Positions 1 to 9,158 of a stretch of 27,784 nt of DNA are shown here, piece by piece; the first letter of the stretch is position 1; every line of letters starts with the position of its first letter. The position numbers and the translations under genes were made by a program. The stretch comes from an uncultured bacterium (GTDB lineage Bacteria > CSSED10-310 > CAZUFC01), in the NCBI GenBank assembly GCA_964619725.1, contig CAZUFC010000106.1:1-27784 (forward strand), given 5' to 3'. Under the pieces are notes generated by a model. That model made no database searches and was not told the DNA's origin. It saw nothing but the letters and a program-made list of their open reading frames with translations.

Positions 1-367
1 ATTTCAAAAAGTTAGATTAATTTTGCAAGGGTATTCGCTTGGTTTTCGGGATTATAGTTTTTTGGTCGACGGTTTCTTTTACAAACAGATAAAATCTGAG
101 TAGCATCGATAATTCATTCAAAGTGAAAAAAATGGCATAGATCAAAAACGTAACTTTTAAGGTTACAATTCTTCCGGATATCCCATCATTTTGTTTCGAC
201 TTCGATACTGATACCGATTATTAAAACAAACTGTCAAATGTTTTGAAAAAAGCGCAATCCGGTTTGATCAGAGCTGAAAAATTCGTCCTGCATATCGGAA
301 TGGTTCAGCAACCACAGCAAGCCTCCAACATTAAAATATCAATTGCTCTTTGAGTTATGGACAGTCG

Positions 368-3300
368 TTAATGATAACTCCATTGGATCATCTGCAGGTT
401 TCCGATCAAATCCCAGGAGCCGGCGTGGAACGTTGCGCCTAAGAATCTAATTCCGAGTGCGTAGCCGGCGTTTTCCGGCCAGATGAATTGGAGGACATCC
501 TCGTGAAGGTTCGAGCAAGGCATGATAGAATATGTTTCGCATTCCAGTCCGTATTGAATTTTCTGCCAGGAAGGCCAGCACCAGTAATTGCCGTATACGT
601 CGAGGAGGATGTAAGCATCGCAGAACAATTCTTCCTGTTGGGGATTATAGATATTGAAGTGGAGATAGAGTTGGTCTCCAGCAATGATATCGTCGTCTTC
701 CAGGATGAGGTGCATGCCGATTTCGGGTTGTTGAGTCGGCGTGAGGGGGATGGTTGGAGAAGAAGTGACATGCGTCGGCACAGTAAACCAGGGCGAAGGC
801 GTTGAAGTGGGAGGAATTTGAGTCTGCGTGGAAGTCGCCGTGGATGTCGCCGTGGGTGAAGGCGTAAGGGTTGGCGTTAGGGGCGTTTCTGTTGGAGTGC
901 TTGTAGGGGTGATTGTGGGTATTAACGTATGGGTTGAAGTTGGTGTGAGCGTTACCGTTTCGGTGGGTGAACATGTTGGGATAAAGGTGGGCGGAGCCGG
1001 CGTTTCCGTGGGATTTATTTGAATGGTTTCAGCCCAGATTTCTATATCGTCGAGGTTCCAGCCGAAATATTCGATGTAACTGTCTGTCGGGCCCATGATC
1101 CAGCGCAGGTATACCGTCGATTGTTCGTCGGCTATGCTGGAAATGTCATAGGATTTACTTTGCCATTGTTCATCCGTAAGAGTTGAACCTTCATGCGCCC
1201 ACACGACTGTCCAGTTCGTTCCGTTTGCGGAAGCTTCGAACGATGCGTGGTCATAGGAGGCGCTTTCGACGCCCAGCCGGCGCATGAAACGCACTTCAAC
1301 ATTCTGAAAGCTTGAACAATCTATCGCATCGGTCGTCAGAGACGTTTCATCCAGGTAAGATTCGTAGTCGCCGGCCAGGTTGTATCCATAGACGTTTGGT
1401 CCTGTGTAACCGGAATCAGGATCCCCGTCGTTTCCGAGAGGAACGCCCCATTCCCAGGACCCTTCACAGCTCCATCCGGGGTCAGAATTCATATTCCAGG
1501 AGTAACGCTTTGCGAAGGTCGATACTGTTATTTCCAACTGGAATGAGTCTTGACCGGACCAGTTGTCGGCTTCAATCAACAATGAAAATGTCGCTGTCAT
1601 GTGGTCTGGAGTTTCCGGAGCGGAAGAAACGGTAAAATAAGGCGCTTCACAGGCAGCGCTGCCTCCTGCGGGAATATCGGGAAATTCGGCCGTATCGTCA
1701 TCAAAGGTAATATATTCCGGATGATCGCATTCCAGCCTGACCTGTATTCCGTTCGCCTGAATCGACCCGTTGTTTTCAAGAGCAACGGCAAGCTGCACCG
1801 TTTCGCCTGGATCGAATACTCCGTCGCCATCGCCGTTGAATGCCGCATCCATTACGCTAACGGACTGAAAAACAAGCTGCGGAGCGACTATCAGCTCGGT
1901 AAAATCAAATGAACCGTTGCCCTGATCGCTGTTCCAGGTAACCGTAAAGGGTATTTGTTCCTGATCCTGGGCTGCAGCGCTCACTTCAAAGACGAACGGC
2001 GTTTCAGATTCTCCTGAGCCGTAAGCCGGGATATCGGGAAAAGCAGCAAAATCGGTTGTAATGCCGACATGTTCATTCGTCGTGGAAAGATAACCGGATA
2101 TGCCGGTACCGTTTACCCCGTAATTCGTTGCGGTCACATCCATTGAAATGGTTTCTGAAGAATTGACTATTCCGTCATCATTTCCTGCGGAGTCATCAAT
2201 CGTATGAGAGGCATGAACCAGGACAGGTTTCAATTCATTCATCTCAGCCCACATTTCCACGTCGTCAATATTCCATCCGCAATATGTCAGCGACATATCG
2301 GTAGGACCCATTATCCATCTCAGGTAAAATTCCGGCTCTCCGTCGGCATACTGCGACACGTCGAAAGTTTGCGGCATCCACTCCGTATCCGTGAATGTGG
2401 AACCTGTATGCTCCCATATAGTATGCCAGATGCTTCCGTCATTCGATACTTCGAAAGAAGCATGATCGTATGAGCTGCTTTCCACGCCGAGCCAGCGCAT
2501 AAAACGCACCTCCACTTCGGAATAATTCGCGCAGTTGATGGGTTCCGAAGTCAGATTCGTTTCGGGCAGATAATCTTCATACTCTCCCGCCAGATTATAT
2601 CCGTAAACGTATTCGCCGGTATATCCTGATGAAGGATCACCATCGACGCCCTGAGGTATGCCGAATTCCCACTGCCCTTCCGTGGTCCATTCCGGGTCAT
2701 CATCAAAATTCCATGCATATCTTTTTGCGAAAGTCGATGTAGTGACTTCCAGGGGGAAATCCACCGTTTTGTCATGCGTTTGCGACGTCAGGACAAGACT
2801 GAACTGGACCATGGTATGGTCCGGGGTAGCCGCATCAGCGGTTAGCGTGAAATAGGGAGGCAGGCAAGCCGCTTGGCCGTCGGGTTCAATGTCGGGAAAT
2901 TCTGCTGATGCGTCTTCGATGGTAATGTATTCGGTAAGGTCGACGTCAAGCGCGCCGGATATCCCGTAAGCGCCTAGCCGTCCCTTATTTTCAATCGTTA
3001 CGACCAGTTGTGCGGTTTCGCCGGGGTCCAGTATGCCGTCGCCGTCGCCGTCAGCCTGATCATCGATAACCGCCGCTGCCTTGTATTCAAGATCGGCTGC
3101 GGTTACCTCCTCCGTGAAACTCGTTTGCCCGGAAGTCTCCTCGCATGTCCAGTCAATAGTGAAAGTAATGGAATCGCCGTCCGCCGCGCCGGTTCCGACG
3201 ATGAAATTATAATCTTCAAGCGATTCAACGTATCCGCCCTGGGGAATATCGCCGAATGCCGCCGTATCGGTCAGGATATTTATATGCTCGTACGAGGCGG

Positions 3301-6300
3301 AGAGCATTCCCGTCGTATTCGAGGCGTCTAATCCTACATTACGCAGAACGACAGGCATATTCACAGACTCGAGCGGATTTATTTCACCGTCGTCATTGCC
3401 GGCGGAATCGTCGATCGTATGATCATGATGTATAAGGATGGGCACGTTGCAAGGAGCGGGATAAGAAACCTGGACGTTATCGATATTCCAGCCGCCCACA
3501 GTTCCGGAACCCGACGGACCCATCGTCCACCTGACGTAAAATTCAGGTTCGCCGTCGGCATATTCCGAAACGTCATAGGTCATTTTCGTCCAGCGGTATT
3601 CATAGAAATTCGACATGGGATTCTCGTATATCGTCGTCCAGGTCTCGCCGTCTGTCGATACCGAGATGCTTGCTTCATCATAGGAGTGTTCATCCACGGC
3701 GAGCCATCGATAAAAGGACAGCCTGGTTTCCGAAGCCGCTAAACAGTCCAGGGCCGGCGTTATCAGATGATAAGGCGAACCGCCCTGGTAAGCTCCATTT
3801 AAATTCGTACCATAAACGTTTGCGCCGTCGTATCCTGAATCCGGGTCCTGTCCCGGTCCGGAAGGTTGTCCCGTTGGCTGTCCCCATTCCCAATCGCCGC
3901 CTGTTATCGTCCAGCCCGGGTCTGAGTCCATATTTTCATTCAGCGCATACATTCTTATCATGGTCGTGAAACTGTAGTAAGCTCCGCCGTTGTCGTCGCT
4001 GTCAGAATTGCCGGCATCATCCGCGGATACTACATAAAAGTAATAATCCAGACACTGCTCCAATCCCGTAATACGCGCTTCGTGCTCCATTACCAGTTCA
4101 GAATTCACATATTCATATTCTTCGGGAGGCGCAGTCACGTCATAATGGACCACAGTATTGCAAGGCTCATTCGTCGTCCAGGTTATTAAAATTTCATCAT
4201 CGTCATAATGCTCTATCTGCACGTCGCTTATGACGGGACAGGTATAATCCGCGGTCGCCGTATCCGTAACCGGAACATCCGTTCCGCCGAACCCGTCGTC
4301 CTCATCCACATACGTGCCCGTTATTTCATCCAGCTCCATCGCCTCAATGTGTCCGTTCGACGGAGCATAGGAGCCTGAATCGATTCCAATGGTTCCCTGG
4401 AAAATACCCGTATTCGTTCCGGTTTCAGTCAGGACCAGAACTTCATAATCATTTCCCGATGCCGCATCGATGGATATGGAAGTCTCCTCCGCCGTATCCG
4501 GGTCCGCATTCAAATCCACATCTTTGACCGTCGCTGTTATCGTATCGCCGTCGCTGTATTTCGTCCTGTCGAAACTGAAGCGGCCTCTTGTCGTTATTAT
4601 TCCTCCAATCGGCGTCTGAGGACAACCGAAGAGGTTCAGTTCGTAACAGGACCAGCGGTTGGCTTTATAATCCAGACACCATACGTTGTCTTCCTTGGAA
4701 TCCTGGTTCATCCTGCCTATTTCCTGAATGCCTTCCGTAAAAAACGCATCATGAAACTGCCTGTGAAAATACTGTCCGGGACCGTCCGTGCATCCTATCT
4801 CGCCGAAGCCATAACGTCCGTTCATGATTACGGCGAAAGCGGCCCCGTCCGCCCAGGAAAAATGCTCGGCAATGCAGTCGCCCTGATCGAAAGCTCCCGC
4901 ATAACATCCCTGGCTGTAAGCTAAAAACGGCCTGGTATTGCTTAAATCATCCACTTCCGACGTGTAAAGATGCATGACCGTTGAGCCGCTTGCATGACCC
5001 AGGTGATTGACCCAGAAAACATCGTTCGAATTCAGCTTCGGCTCCAGATCGCTCGATCCCCAGTATTCCTCACGCTCATACAAATGATCTATTTCCCAAT
5101 CATCCGGGTATCCCGGAGTGCTGTATCCCCACGAATCGCTGCCGTACCACAATTCGTCCATGTAATCGCCGCCGTAAGTGTTCGTCCACAGATATTCGCC
5201 TAACATCAGCGCATTGTCCGACCACTCCAGACTGTAATCATCGGTCTCGTAAGCAATGGTTTTCCTGACGAAATTATGCAGTTGGGTCGAGGATGACACG
5301 GAAGCGCGGCCTACGAAAAGTTCAGCGTAAACGTCAGGGTCTCCTCCGCCCGGACCGTCGCCTATTTCACCGTAAATGCCGTTCCCGGAATGGTCCCAGC
5401 TCCCGTCCAGACATCCGTAATACATGTCCGTCGGTATCGTCGAATCCTCATGCCCTTCAGCCGTCGCATAACATCCTCTGGCCGGTATATCCTCGTGGTC
5501 CGCTCCCAGCAGCGCCCATTCAGTATTCCAGTTCTCATAAGCATCAATAAGAAAATTACGGATTTTCGCCTGCAAATCCTCGCCGGAATACTCCACGCTG
5601 ATCTCCTCCACCGTCTTGATCGTTCCCGATATTCCCCGCGAATGCTTGAATGACAGTAAATCCTGGAAATTATTCGGTCCGCTCATCGAAGAAAGCGCTT
5701 CCGTTGTTACTATCACGTACCTGTAATCATCCTTACCCAGCAATCCCGGTCCGGAAAGAAGCTCTGCTTTATATCGTTCAGCGGTCTCAGGATTATCCGC
5801 CTTCCTCATCACCCATTCCAGGTCGCTCGCAGAAGCTCGACGGCTTACCCGCCGAACATCTCTTTTCTCCGGTCCTGTCGTTAATTTTACCCTCATTGAA
5901 AGCGTATAACTCAATTCTCCGCTTGAAGGCCTGTAACGCACAGGAAAGAGATTAAAGGTGATCATCTGAAATCCTTTACACCAGTATGATCGCGGTTCTG
6001 AAAACACCCGTAACGGATAAAGTTCGCTTGAATTATACACCGAAGGATCGCATTCGGTCGGCTTCAATTCTTCGATCAGACTCAGCGGAAACGACTGCTG
6101 GGAGGGAAACAATCTGTATTCACCAGGCAATTTTTTCCACTCGCCTGCTTCCACTTCCGCATCCAACAACATCTCTCCCTGCGGTATCAACAGAGTTATG
6201 CAATAGTGCGGCAACAAGGGCCGTCCCGGATGTCCGTTCAGCGGCGCGCCCTTCATTTCAATCACGTGATATCTCTCCGCTCCCCCGACACCATCCAAAT

Positions 6301-6418
6301 CCCTGGACAGCGCTTCAACCACAGGCCTGGTGAACTCATATTCCATCGTCACGTCGGCGTATGCCGCCGCTGCCGTCAACAGGACTATGAAAAATATTAT
6401 TATCGCCACACGGTGCAT
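368..6418 (-). CDS. Secreted C25-family (gingipain-like) cysteine peptidase, multi-domain
   Basis: 2016-aa ORF with a signal peptide (MHRVAIIIFFIVLLTAAAAYA) and an AAGGAG RBS upstream. It has a C25-type propeptide (GHPGRPLLP...LLIPQG...LFPVRYRPSSGEL) and catalytic-domain motifs (YVIVT, KIRNFL, LLGAD, PTDMYY, ELFVGR, NHLGHAS His at ~4994, SQGCY Cys at ~4904, YELNLFGCP). These are followed by an LTETGxNTGIF domain, an FN3-like domain, three jelly-roll repeats, four Ig-like repeats, a Pro/Thr linker and a ~115-aa terminal domain. Confidence 0.9.
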   Translation of the reverse strand: MHRVAIIIFFIVLLTAAAAYADVTMEYEFTRPVVEALSRDLDGVGGAERYHVIEMKGAPLNGHPGRPLLPHYCITLLIPQGEMLLDAEVEAGEWKKLPGEYRLFPSQQSFPLSLIEELKPTECDPSVYNSSELYPLRVFSEPRSYWCKGFQMITFNLFPVRYRPSSGELSYTLSMRVKLTTGPEKRDVRRVSRRASASDLEWVMRKADNPETAERYKAELLSGPGLLGKDDYRYVIVTTEALSSMSGPNNFQDLLSFKHSRGISGTIKTVEEISVEYSGEDLQAKIRNFLIDAYENWNTEWALLGADHEDIPARGCYATAEGHEDSTIPTDMYYGCLDGSWDHSGNGIYGEIGDGPGGGDPDVYAELFVGRASVSSSTQLHNFVRKTIAYETDDYSLEWSDNALMLGEYLWTNTYGGDYMDELWYGSDSWGYSTPGYPDDWEIDHLYEREEYWGSSDLEPKLNSNDVFWVNHLGHASGSTVMHLYTSEVDDLSNTRPFLAYSQGCYAGAFDQGDCIAEHFSWADGAAFAVIMNGRYGFGEIGCTDGPGQYFHRQFHDAFFTEGIQEIGRMNQDSKEDNVWCLDYKANRWSCYELNLFGCPQTPIGGIITTRGRFSFDRTKYSDGDTITATVKDVDLNADPDTAEETSISIDAASGNDYEVLVLTETGTNTGIFQGTIGIDSGSYAPSNGHIEAMELDEITGTYVDEDDGFGGTDVPVTDTATADYTCPVISDVQIEHYDDDEILITWTTNEPCNTVVHYDVTAPPEEYEYVNSELVMEHEARITGLEQCLDYYFYVVSADDAGNSDSDDNGGAYYSFTTMIRMYALNENMDSDPGWTITGGDWEWGQPTGQPSGPGQDPDSGYDGANVYGTNLNGAYQGGSPYHLITPALDCLAASETRLSFYRWLAVDEHSYDEASISVSTDGETWTTIYENPMSNFYEYRWTKMTYDVSEYADGEPEFYVRWTMGPSGSGTVGGWNIDNVQVSYPAPCNVPILIHHDHTIDDSAGNDDGEINPLESVNMPVVLRNVGLDASNTTGMLSASYEHINILTDTAAFGDIPQGGYVESLEDYNFIVGTGAADGDSITFTIDWTCEETSGQTSFTEEVTAADLEYKAAAVIDDQADGDGDGILDPGETAQLVVTIENKGRLGAYGISGALDVDLTEYITIEDASAEFPDIEPDGQAACLPPYFTLTADAATPDHTMVQFSLVLTSQTHDKTVDFPLEVTTSTFAKRYAWNFDDDPEWTTEGQWEFGIPQGVDGDPSSGYTGEYVYGYNLAGEYEDYLPETNLTSEPINCANYSEVEVRFMRWLGVESSSYDHASFEVSNDGSIWHTIWEHTGSTFTDTEWMPQTFDVSQYADGEPEFYLRWIMGPTDMSLTYCGWNIDDVEMWAEMNELKPVLVHASHTIDDSAGNDDGIVNSSETISMDVTATNYGVNGTGISGYLSTTNEHVGITTDFAAFPDIPAYGSGESETPFVFEVSAAAQDQEQIPFTVTWNSDQGNGSFDFTELIVAPQLVFQSVSVMDAAFNGDGDGVFDPGETVQLAVALENNGSIQANGIQVRLECDHPEYITFDDDTAEFPDIPAGGSAACEAPYFTVSSAPETPDHMTATFSLLIEADNWSGQDSFQLEITVSTFAKRYSWNMNSDPGWSCEGSWEWGVPLGNDGDPDSGYTGPNVYGYNLAGDYESYLDETSLTTDAIDCSSFQNVEVRFMRRLGVESASYDHASFEASANGTNWTVVWAHEGSTLTDEQWQSKSYDISSIADEQSTVYLRWIMGPTDSYIEYFGWNLDDIEIWAETIQINPTETPAPPTFIPTCSPTETVTLTPTSTHTLIPTITPTSTPTETPLTPTLTPSPTATSTATSTQTQIPPTSTPSPWFTVPTHVTSSPTIPLTPTQQPEIGMHLILEDDDIIAGDQLYLHFNIYNPQQEELFCDAYILLDVYGNYWCWPSWQKIQYGLECETYSIMPCSNLHEDVLQFIWPENAGYALGIRFLGATFHAGSWDLIGNLQMIQWSYH
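1030..3940 (-). repeat. Intragenic domain repeats in the C25 peptidase: 3 jelly-roll-like units separated by 2 pairs of Ig-like units
   Basis: The motif N[MF]xxDPxW..G.WE[WF]G.P.G...DP.SGY.G..VYG.NL.G.Y...F.R.L.VE...YD.AS...S..G..W...Y[VL]RW.MGP...GWN[IL]D recurs three times (~3940-3460, ~2715-2245, ~1500-1030). HTIDDSAGNDDG and GDGDG[IV].DPGET units each recur twice between them. Confidence 0.85.
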
Positions 6419-6569
6419 TTAGATTCTCCTTTTTTCAAGAATGGATGAACTTACAACCTTTACTGAACTTTTTATGATTTTTTGTTTTGAAATTTCAAAC
6501 CCGCAAATTCCCTATCCTGAATTAAGCCTTCAATGAAATTTGTCAGGTTTCTCTTGAAACCCATAATAG

Positions 6570-6598
6570 TTTATAACGAGGAAACAGGATTAAGTCAA
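6570..6598 (-). promoter_or_regulatory. Putative sigma70 promoter for the C25 peptidase gene
   Basis: Minus strand reads TTGACT-N17-TATAAA, about 150 bp upstream of the ATG at 6418. Confidence 0.5.
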
Positions 6599-6837
6599 AA
6601 AGGGACTTATCAAAACCGGTTAAGCTTTTTTCAAGACATTCGACTGGTTGAAATCCCCATTGGTGAAATCAGTTTTAGACCCAGCCGGCAAAAGCAATCA
6701 ATCGGGATCGTACTTTGTATTGAATTTCCGGTTGCGATACCGATTACCGAAAAATACCGTTTCTTTCATTTGGCGCAAGACGCTGACGAAACGTGACCGG
6801 TCCGATGCAAAGGTTCTTGTATTAGAGCCGGAGCGTC

Positions 6838-8760
6838 CTACTCACCGGCGTCCATTTTGCCGAAATGGATCACATTATGCAGCATTCTGCTGAATTCAGT
6901 CAGATCGAAAGGTTTTACAGAATAACCTTTGAACCCGTATTTTTCGTATTCCGCCATAACGGGATCGTTAGAATAGCCGCTGAAGACGACAGCTTTAACC
7001 TGAGGATCGATCTTCAGCAACTCTTTCATCGTTTCCTTGCCGCCCATACCTCCGGCAATAGTCAAATCCAGGATAACCGCAACATAGTCTTCCCCCCTGG
7101 CCTTCTTTTGCTGAAATAAACTGACGGCATGTTCTCCGTTCATCGCTGCGTCCACGTCATACCCTATCTGTATTAACAAATCGCTCACAGTTTCCAGGAC
7201 CAACGCCTCATCATCCATCAGCAGAATGGCGCCTTCGCCGTGCACCGGGACTTGCCTTTTAACTTGTGTCGTCTGAACGGTTTTTCCCGTAGCCGGCAAA
7301 TAAATACTGAAAGTTGTACCGATATCGAGTTCCGAATCTACGGTAATCAAGCCGCCGTGATTCTTCACGATGGAGTGAGCGGTGGCCAGTCCCATACCAG
7401 AGTGACCTTTTTTTGTCGAAAAGTATGGATCGAATATTCTCTCAATGATTTTATTCGGTATGCCATCGCCGTTGTCTTTGATGGAAATTTTTACGTAATT
7501 TCCTTCGGTCAAGGGGAATTTATTTGTATCGAATATATAATTATTCTCAATGCCGATGCTGATTATGCCGGCTCCGTCCATTGCCTGCCCGGCGTTCGTC
7601 GCTATATTGTACAAAACGCTTCTTAATTGTCCTCTATCGACGTTTACCGACCATATGCCGTCTGCAGATTCAAATTCGGCTTTAACGCCTGACCCGCTTA
7701 AAGCGAAGTTGACTGTATCTCTGACGAAAGCGCCTGTGTCGGTTTCTCTTTTGATAGGTTTGCCGCCTTCCGCAAAAGTAATCAGTTGCTTCGTCAGCCT
7801 CCTCGCCTTTTCAGCCGACTCCCAGCATTTATCGAGGACTTCGCTGATTTTTTCCTTGTCGTCGAGGATCATCCTGGCCAGATCAAGATTACCTATTATT
7901 CCCTGGAGACTGTTGTTGAAATCGTGAGCGATTCCTCCCGCCAACGTTCCCAGTGATTTGAGTTTTCTTGTCTTGGCAAGCTCCTCTTCTATTAATTTAC
8001 GGCTTGAAATATCCCGAAATACTAAAACTACTCCGTTGATATTGCCTTTATTGTCTTTGATCAGCGCTGCGCTGTCGTCTATCGGCGTTCTCTTTCCCTG
8101 CCGGGACAACAACAAAGTGTCGCCGACCATACTGGAATTGGATAAGCCTTGCGACAGCAAAGCCTTTATAGGATTCTCCAGCGGCGCCTTAGTTTCGGCG
8201 TCGAATATCTGGAATACCTCGGACACATCCAGACCATGAACCTCATTCGTTGCCGATCCCGTCAAAGCTTCGGCCATAGGATTCATGAAGATGACGCAAC
8301 CCTTGTTATCCGTAGCGATTACGGCATCGCCGATACTGTTCAACGTCGTTGAAAACCACTCGTTCTGCTCTTTCAGCTTATTCTCCATCCGGCTTTTATA
8401 CAGAGCCATTTCAATATTGCTCTGCAGCTCCTCCTGCCTGAACGGTTTAATGATATATCCAAAAGGTTCCGTCAGCTTGGCTTTATCCAAAGTAGTCAAA
8501 TCCGCATGCGCTGTCAGATAAATGATGGGAATATTAAAATCTTCCTTGATCTTTTTCGCTGTTTCGATACCGTCTAATTTTCCCTGAAGAATAATGTCCA
8601 TTAACACAAGGTCCGGCCGCAACGCCCTGACTTTTTCCAGAGCATTTTCACCGGAAGATTCCACGCCGCAAACTCCGTAACCGAAATGAAGCAGGCACTG
8701 CCGGATGTCCTCAGCCACCAGACTTTCATCTTCAACAACAAGTATGTCAGCCCTGTCCAT
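6838..8760 (-). CDS. Cytoplasmic hybrid sensor histidine kinase/response regulator (REC-PAS-HisKA-HATPase_c-REC, CckA-like)
   Basis: N-terminal receiver (ILVVEDE...DLVLMDI...GYIIKPF), PAS (LNSIGDAVIATD...FMNPMAE), H-box AGGIAHDFNN, N/G1/F/G2 boxes (NIATNAGQAM, DNGDGI, IFDPYFSTK, GSGMGL), C-terminal receiver (LLMDDE...ILDLTI...KPF). GGGAGG RBS upstream and no transmembrane segments. Confidence 0.95.
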   Translation of the reverse strand: MDRADILVVEDESLVAEDIRQCLLHFGYGVCGVESSGENALEKVRALRPDLVLMDIILQGKLDGIETAKKIKEDFNIPIIYLTAHADLTTLDKAKLTEPFGYIIKPFRQEELQSNIEMALYKSRMENKLKEQNEWFSTTLNSIGDAVIATDNKGCVIFMNPMAEALTGSATNEVHGLDVSEVFQIFDAETKAPLENPIKALLSQGLSNSSMVGDTLLLSRQGKRTPIDDSAALIKDNKGNINGVVLVFRDISSRKLIEEELAKTRKLKSLGTLAGGIAHDFNNSLQGIIGNLDLARMILDDKEKISEVLDKCWESAEKARRLTKQLITFAEGGKPIKRETDTGAFVRDTVNFALSGSGVKAEFESADGIWSVNVDRGQLRSVLYNIATNAGQAMDGAGIISIGIENNYIFDTNKFPLTEGNYVKISIKDNGDGIPNKIIERIFDPYFSTKKGHSGMGLATAHSIVKNHGGLITVDSELDIGTTFSIYLPATGKTVQTTQVKRQVPVHGEGAILLMDDEALVLETVSDLLIQIGYDVDAAMNGEHAVSLFQQKKARGEDYVAVILDLTIAGGMGGKETMKELLKIDPQVKAVVFSGYSNDPVMAEYEKYGFKGYSVKPFDLTEFSRMLHNVIHFGKMDAGE

Positions 8761-8869
8761 ATTTTCCTCCCTGGACGACCCTTCTCGCCTGAAACAACAA
8801 AATTATATAAAAAACAGACTGCGGAATCAAATGACTCTTTGTATGATTGGTCAGCAGACAGGCGAGCGG

Positions 8870-9134
8870 CATTTGATCGTCAGATATTATACGGAATTGG
8901 TCCGATTGGATACGGCTGGAGTTTCAGAATTGTCAACCGCCAATTGTCAATGATTGCAGGCCTTTGTTCATTAACCATTGGCCATTGACCATTGGCTGTT
9001 TTATCCGGATGGGCTGGGCAAAACCGTCTGGGTTCGCAGAATTGTCAATCGGCAATGGTCAATCGGCAATGGTCAATGAGCGCACGCCGTTACTCATTGG
9101 CCATTGGCTATTGACCATTGACCATTGGCTGTTT
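8870..9134. repeat. Intergenic dispersed element, copy 1, with heptamer (CATTG[AG]C / GTCAATG) imperfect palindromes
   Basis: Arrays of CAATGGT/CAATCGG followed by CATTGGC/CATTGAC form a long imperfect hairpin (~9046-9127). The whole element is homologous to the reverse complement of 27078-27417. Confidence 0.85.
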
Positions 9135-9158
9135 ATCCAGGAGTTAAATATTCCTCCA

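Noticed and set aside
190-222. Degenerate CGATAC/CGATT hexamer runs (also ~6700-6750)
   Set aside because: They are too short and degenerate to define an element. At most they are remnants of a simple intergenic repeat.
6838-8760. Hybrid kinase as the dedicated regulator of the surface cluster
   Set aside because: This is a very common architecture, and only proximity supports a link.
8940-9134. Short repeats that might suggest a CRISPR array (also 27078-27250)
   Set aside because: These are 7-bp tandem units forming palindromes. There are no constant 25-40 bp repeats with unique spacers and no cas genes.
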